DNA of 64,000 nucleotides, taken from positions 640,001 through 704,000 of the forward strand of contig CBDCTK010000002.1 of the NCBI GenBank assembly GCA_965222225.1, given 5' to 3'. Of this stretch, positions 62,767-64,000 are shown one piece after another. The notes under the pieces are model-generated. The model was not told the DNA's origin and searched no databases. It worked only from the letters and a program-made list of their open reading frames with translations. How positions within the stretch are numbered: the stretch's first letter is position 1; every line of letters begins with the position of its first letter. This DNA comes from Candidatus Poribacteria bacterium (lineage in GTDB: Bacteria; Poribacteria; WGA-4E; JAJDTR01). The translations under genes were made by a program, and so were the position numbers.

Positions 62767-64000
62767 TGCTGTTCTCCGCTCCAGTCACGGCGAGTCCCAT
62801 GGAACAGATGATTTGGGGTTCTCGCGTTTCCCTTTCGCCTTCAACGATACAGAGGCGATCTTCGTCTCGCAGCGTAATCACAAGTTCGGCGAGCATTCGG
62901 TCGTCAATTCCGCTACGGAGTTGGCGATTGAGGGCATCGACCGCGGCTTGGCGCAACGGAAATCGATAGATTTGGTCAATCGATCGCCTCAGTTCAGGGA
63001 TGTCGAATAACGTGTCTCTCACCTCATCGGCATAAGCCTTCAGTCGTTCATAGGTGCGAAAGCGCGCACCGGATGGTCTGCCCAGTGCACCGCCGACGGA
63101 TGACGCCTCGGCTATCATCATCTCGGCTCCACGTTGTACGAGCTGGTGGTGCTCCGGGAGGGGTGAAAGTGCTTCGGTATTTGGTCCGCAGGCGGCGCCG
63201 CGGAGAATTGCCAACTGGGATTCGGTCACGCTAGTTCTGTCTCGGTCCATCCATGCCAAGGCATCGATTCCGTCGCCAGTGCGCATATAGATTAGCACGC
63301 CTTCGGGCGCCGCAACCGTTGGGAGATGCGGTTTGGTAGAGTAAACGACGTCCGGAAGTTTTTCAATCTCGCCCTTAAGGCTCGGATCTTGGGTAATTGC
63401 GTTCTTCCAGATTTGGTAGGCATAGGAAGCAAGATCGACGTCGTCGTCCAGAGGGTCGTCGAGCAAGCCGGAGCGTTCGTTGTAGAGGTCGACGATAACG
63501 GATTCGTCATCATCTTCGAAGAATGCCTCGTCGGTGCCGACGACTTCGGCGTTTTGAAGAAGACGCGCGTGGACGCGGGAACGCAGGAAAATAAGGTGTT
63601 CGACGCCTTCTGCGGGCAGGAAGGAGTAGCAGAGGATTTGCTCGGCTTCTTGACCGATGCGGTCAACCCGTCCGGCGCGTTGCACGAGGCGAATAATTGC
63701 CCAGGGCAGGTCGTAGTTCACGACGACGGCGCAGTCTTGCAGATTCTGGCCTTCGCTCAGGATATCGGTGCTGACGAGAACGCGCAGCTCATCGCTTGAG
63801 GCTATCCGGGCGCGCCTATTGTTACTGACAGGACTGAATCTGTGCACCAGCGCGGTGGGGTTTGGCGAGTCGCCGGTCACCTGCTCAATACGGGACACGC
63901 CCCGCGCCGATAGTTCCGCATTAAGATAGCGGACGGTATCGGCGAATTGAGTGAAAACGAGGACTTTTTCGTCCGAATGGGTTTGGGTCAATAGATTTTC
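62756..64000 (-). CDS. SNF2-like helicase, C-terminal part (gene begins beyond the window)
   Basis: 'KVLVFTQFADT', 'STDILSEGQNLQ', 'NYDLPW', 'QRAGRVDRIGQ'; its stop overlaps the methyltransferase start. Confidence 0.92.
   Translation of the reverse strand, partial: ENLLTQTHSDEKVLVFTQFADTVRYLNAELSARGVSRIEQVTGDSPNPTALVHRFSPVSNNRRARIASSDELRVLVSTDILSEGQNLQDCAVVVNYDLPWAIIRLVQRAGRVDRIGQEAEQILCYSFLPAEGVEHLIFLRSRVHARLLQNAEVVGTDEAFFEDDDESVIVDLYNERSGLLDDPLDDDVDLASYAYQIWKNAITQDPSLKGEIEKLPDVVYSTKPHLPTVAAPEGVLIYMRTGDGIDALAWMDRDRTSVTESQLAILRGAACGPNTEALSPLPEHHQLVQRGAEMMIAEASSVGGALGRPSGARFRTYERLKAYADEVRDTLFDIPELRRSIDQIYRFPLRQAAVDALNRQLRSGIDDRMLAELVITLRDEDRLCIVEGERETREPQIICSMGLAVTGAENSNEH

Noticed and set aside
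59465-64000. Complete DISARM or BREX system
   Set aside because: No drmA/B/C or pglZ/brxC genes are in the window; the region beyond 64000 cannot be seen.

Overview
Bacterial genomic window, probably Candidatus Poribacteria or a relative. This is inferred from secreted proteins ending in a cohesin-dockerin-'ANYPNPFNPETWIPYQL' FlgD-Ig module, a PhyH dioxygenase and an FGE-sulfatase domain; it was not checked by search. From left to right: (1) 1-5.5 kb, a decaying AT-richer integrated element with a sigma-70-like gene, a frameshifted NrS-1-type primase with C-terminal HTH, HEPN-like and membrane cargo, and a deleted tyrosine integrase; (2) three housekeeping-type genes; (3) 8.8-22.6 kb, a tandem array of three ~1350-aa secreted di-heme cytochrome c/LRR/cohesin/dockerin proteins that are mosaics of each other, one split by an IS1595; (4) 24.7-31.1 kb, a nitrate-assimilation cluster (nirA, NRT2/narK, narB) behind an intact ANTAR dual-hairpin antiterminator whose regulator nasT is a pseudogene, bracketed by a diverged duplication; (5) 31.8-51.3 kb, core genes (lptFG, rex, hemB, hemL, polyprenyl synthase, cysG-like, ccsA, hemA, hemC, cobA/hemD, comEC, DegT, aroQ, PhyH); (6) 51.3-64 kb, a mobile/defence region with a MITE-flanked DprA-like gene, an orphan gene pair with iteron-like repeats, an RloC-like ATPase, IS701, an Eco57I-type methyltransferase carrying an in-frame REP, and an SNF2 helicase. 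No rRNA, tRNA or CRISPR array was recognised.
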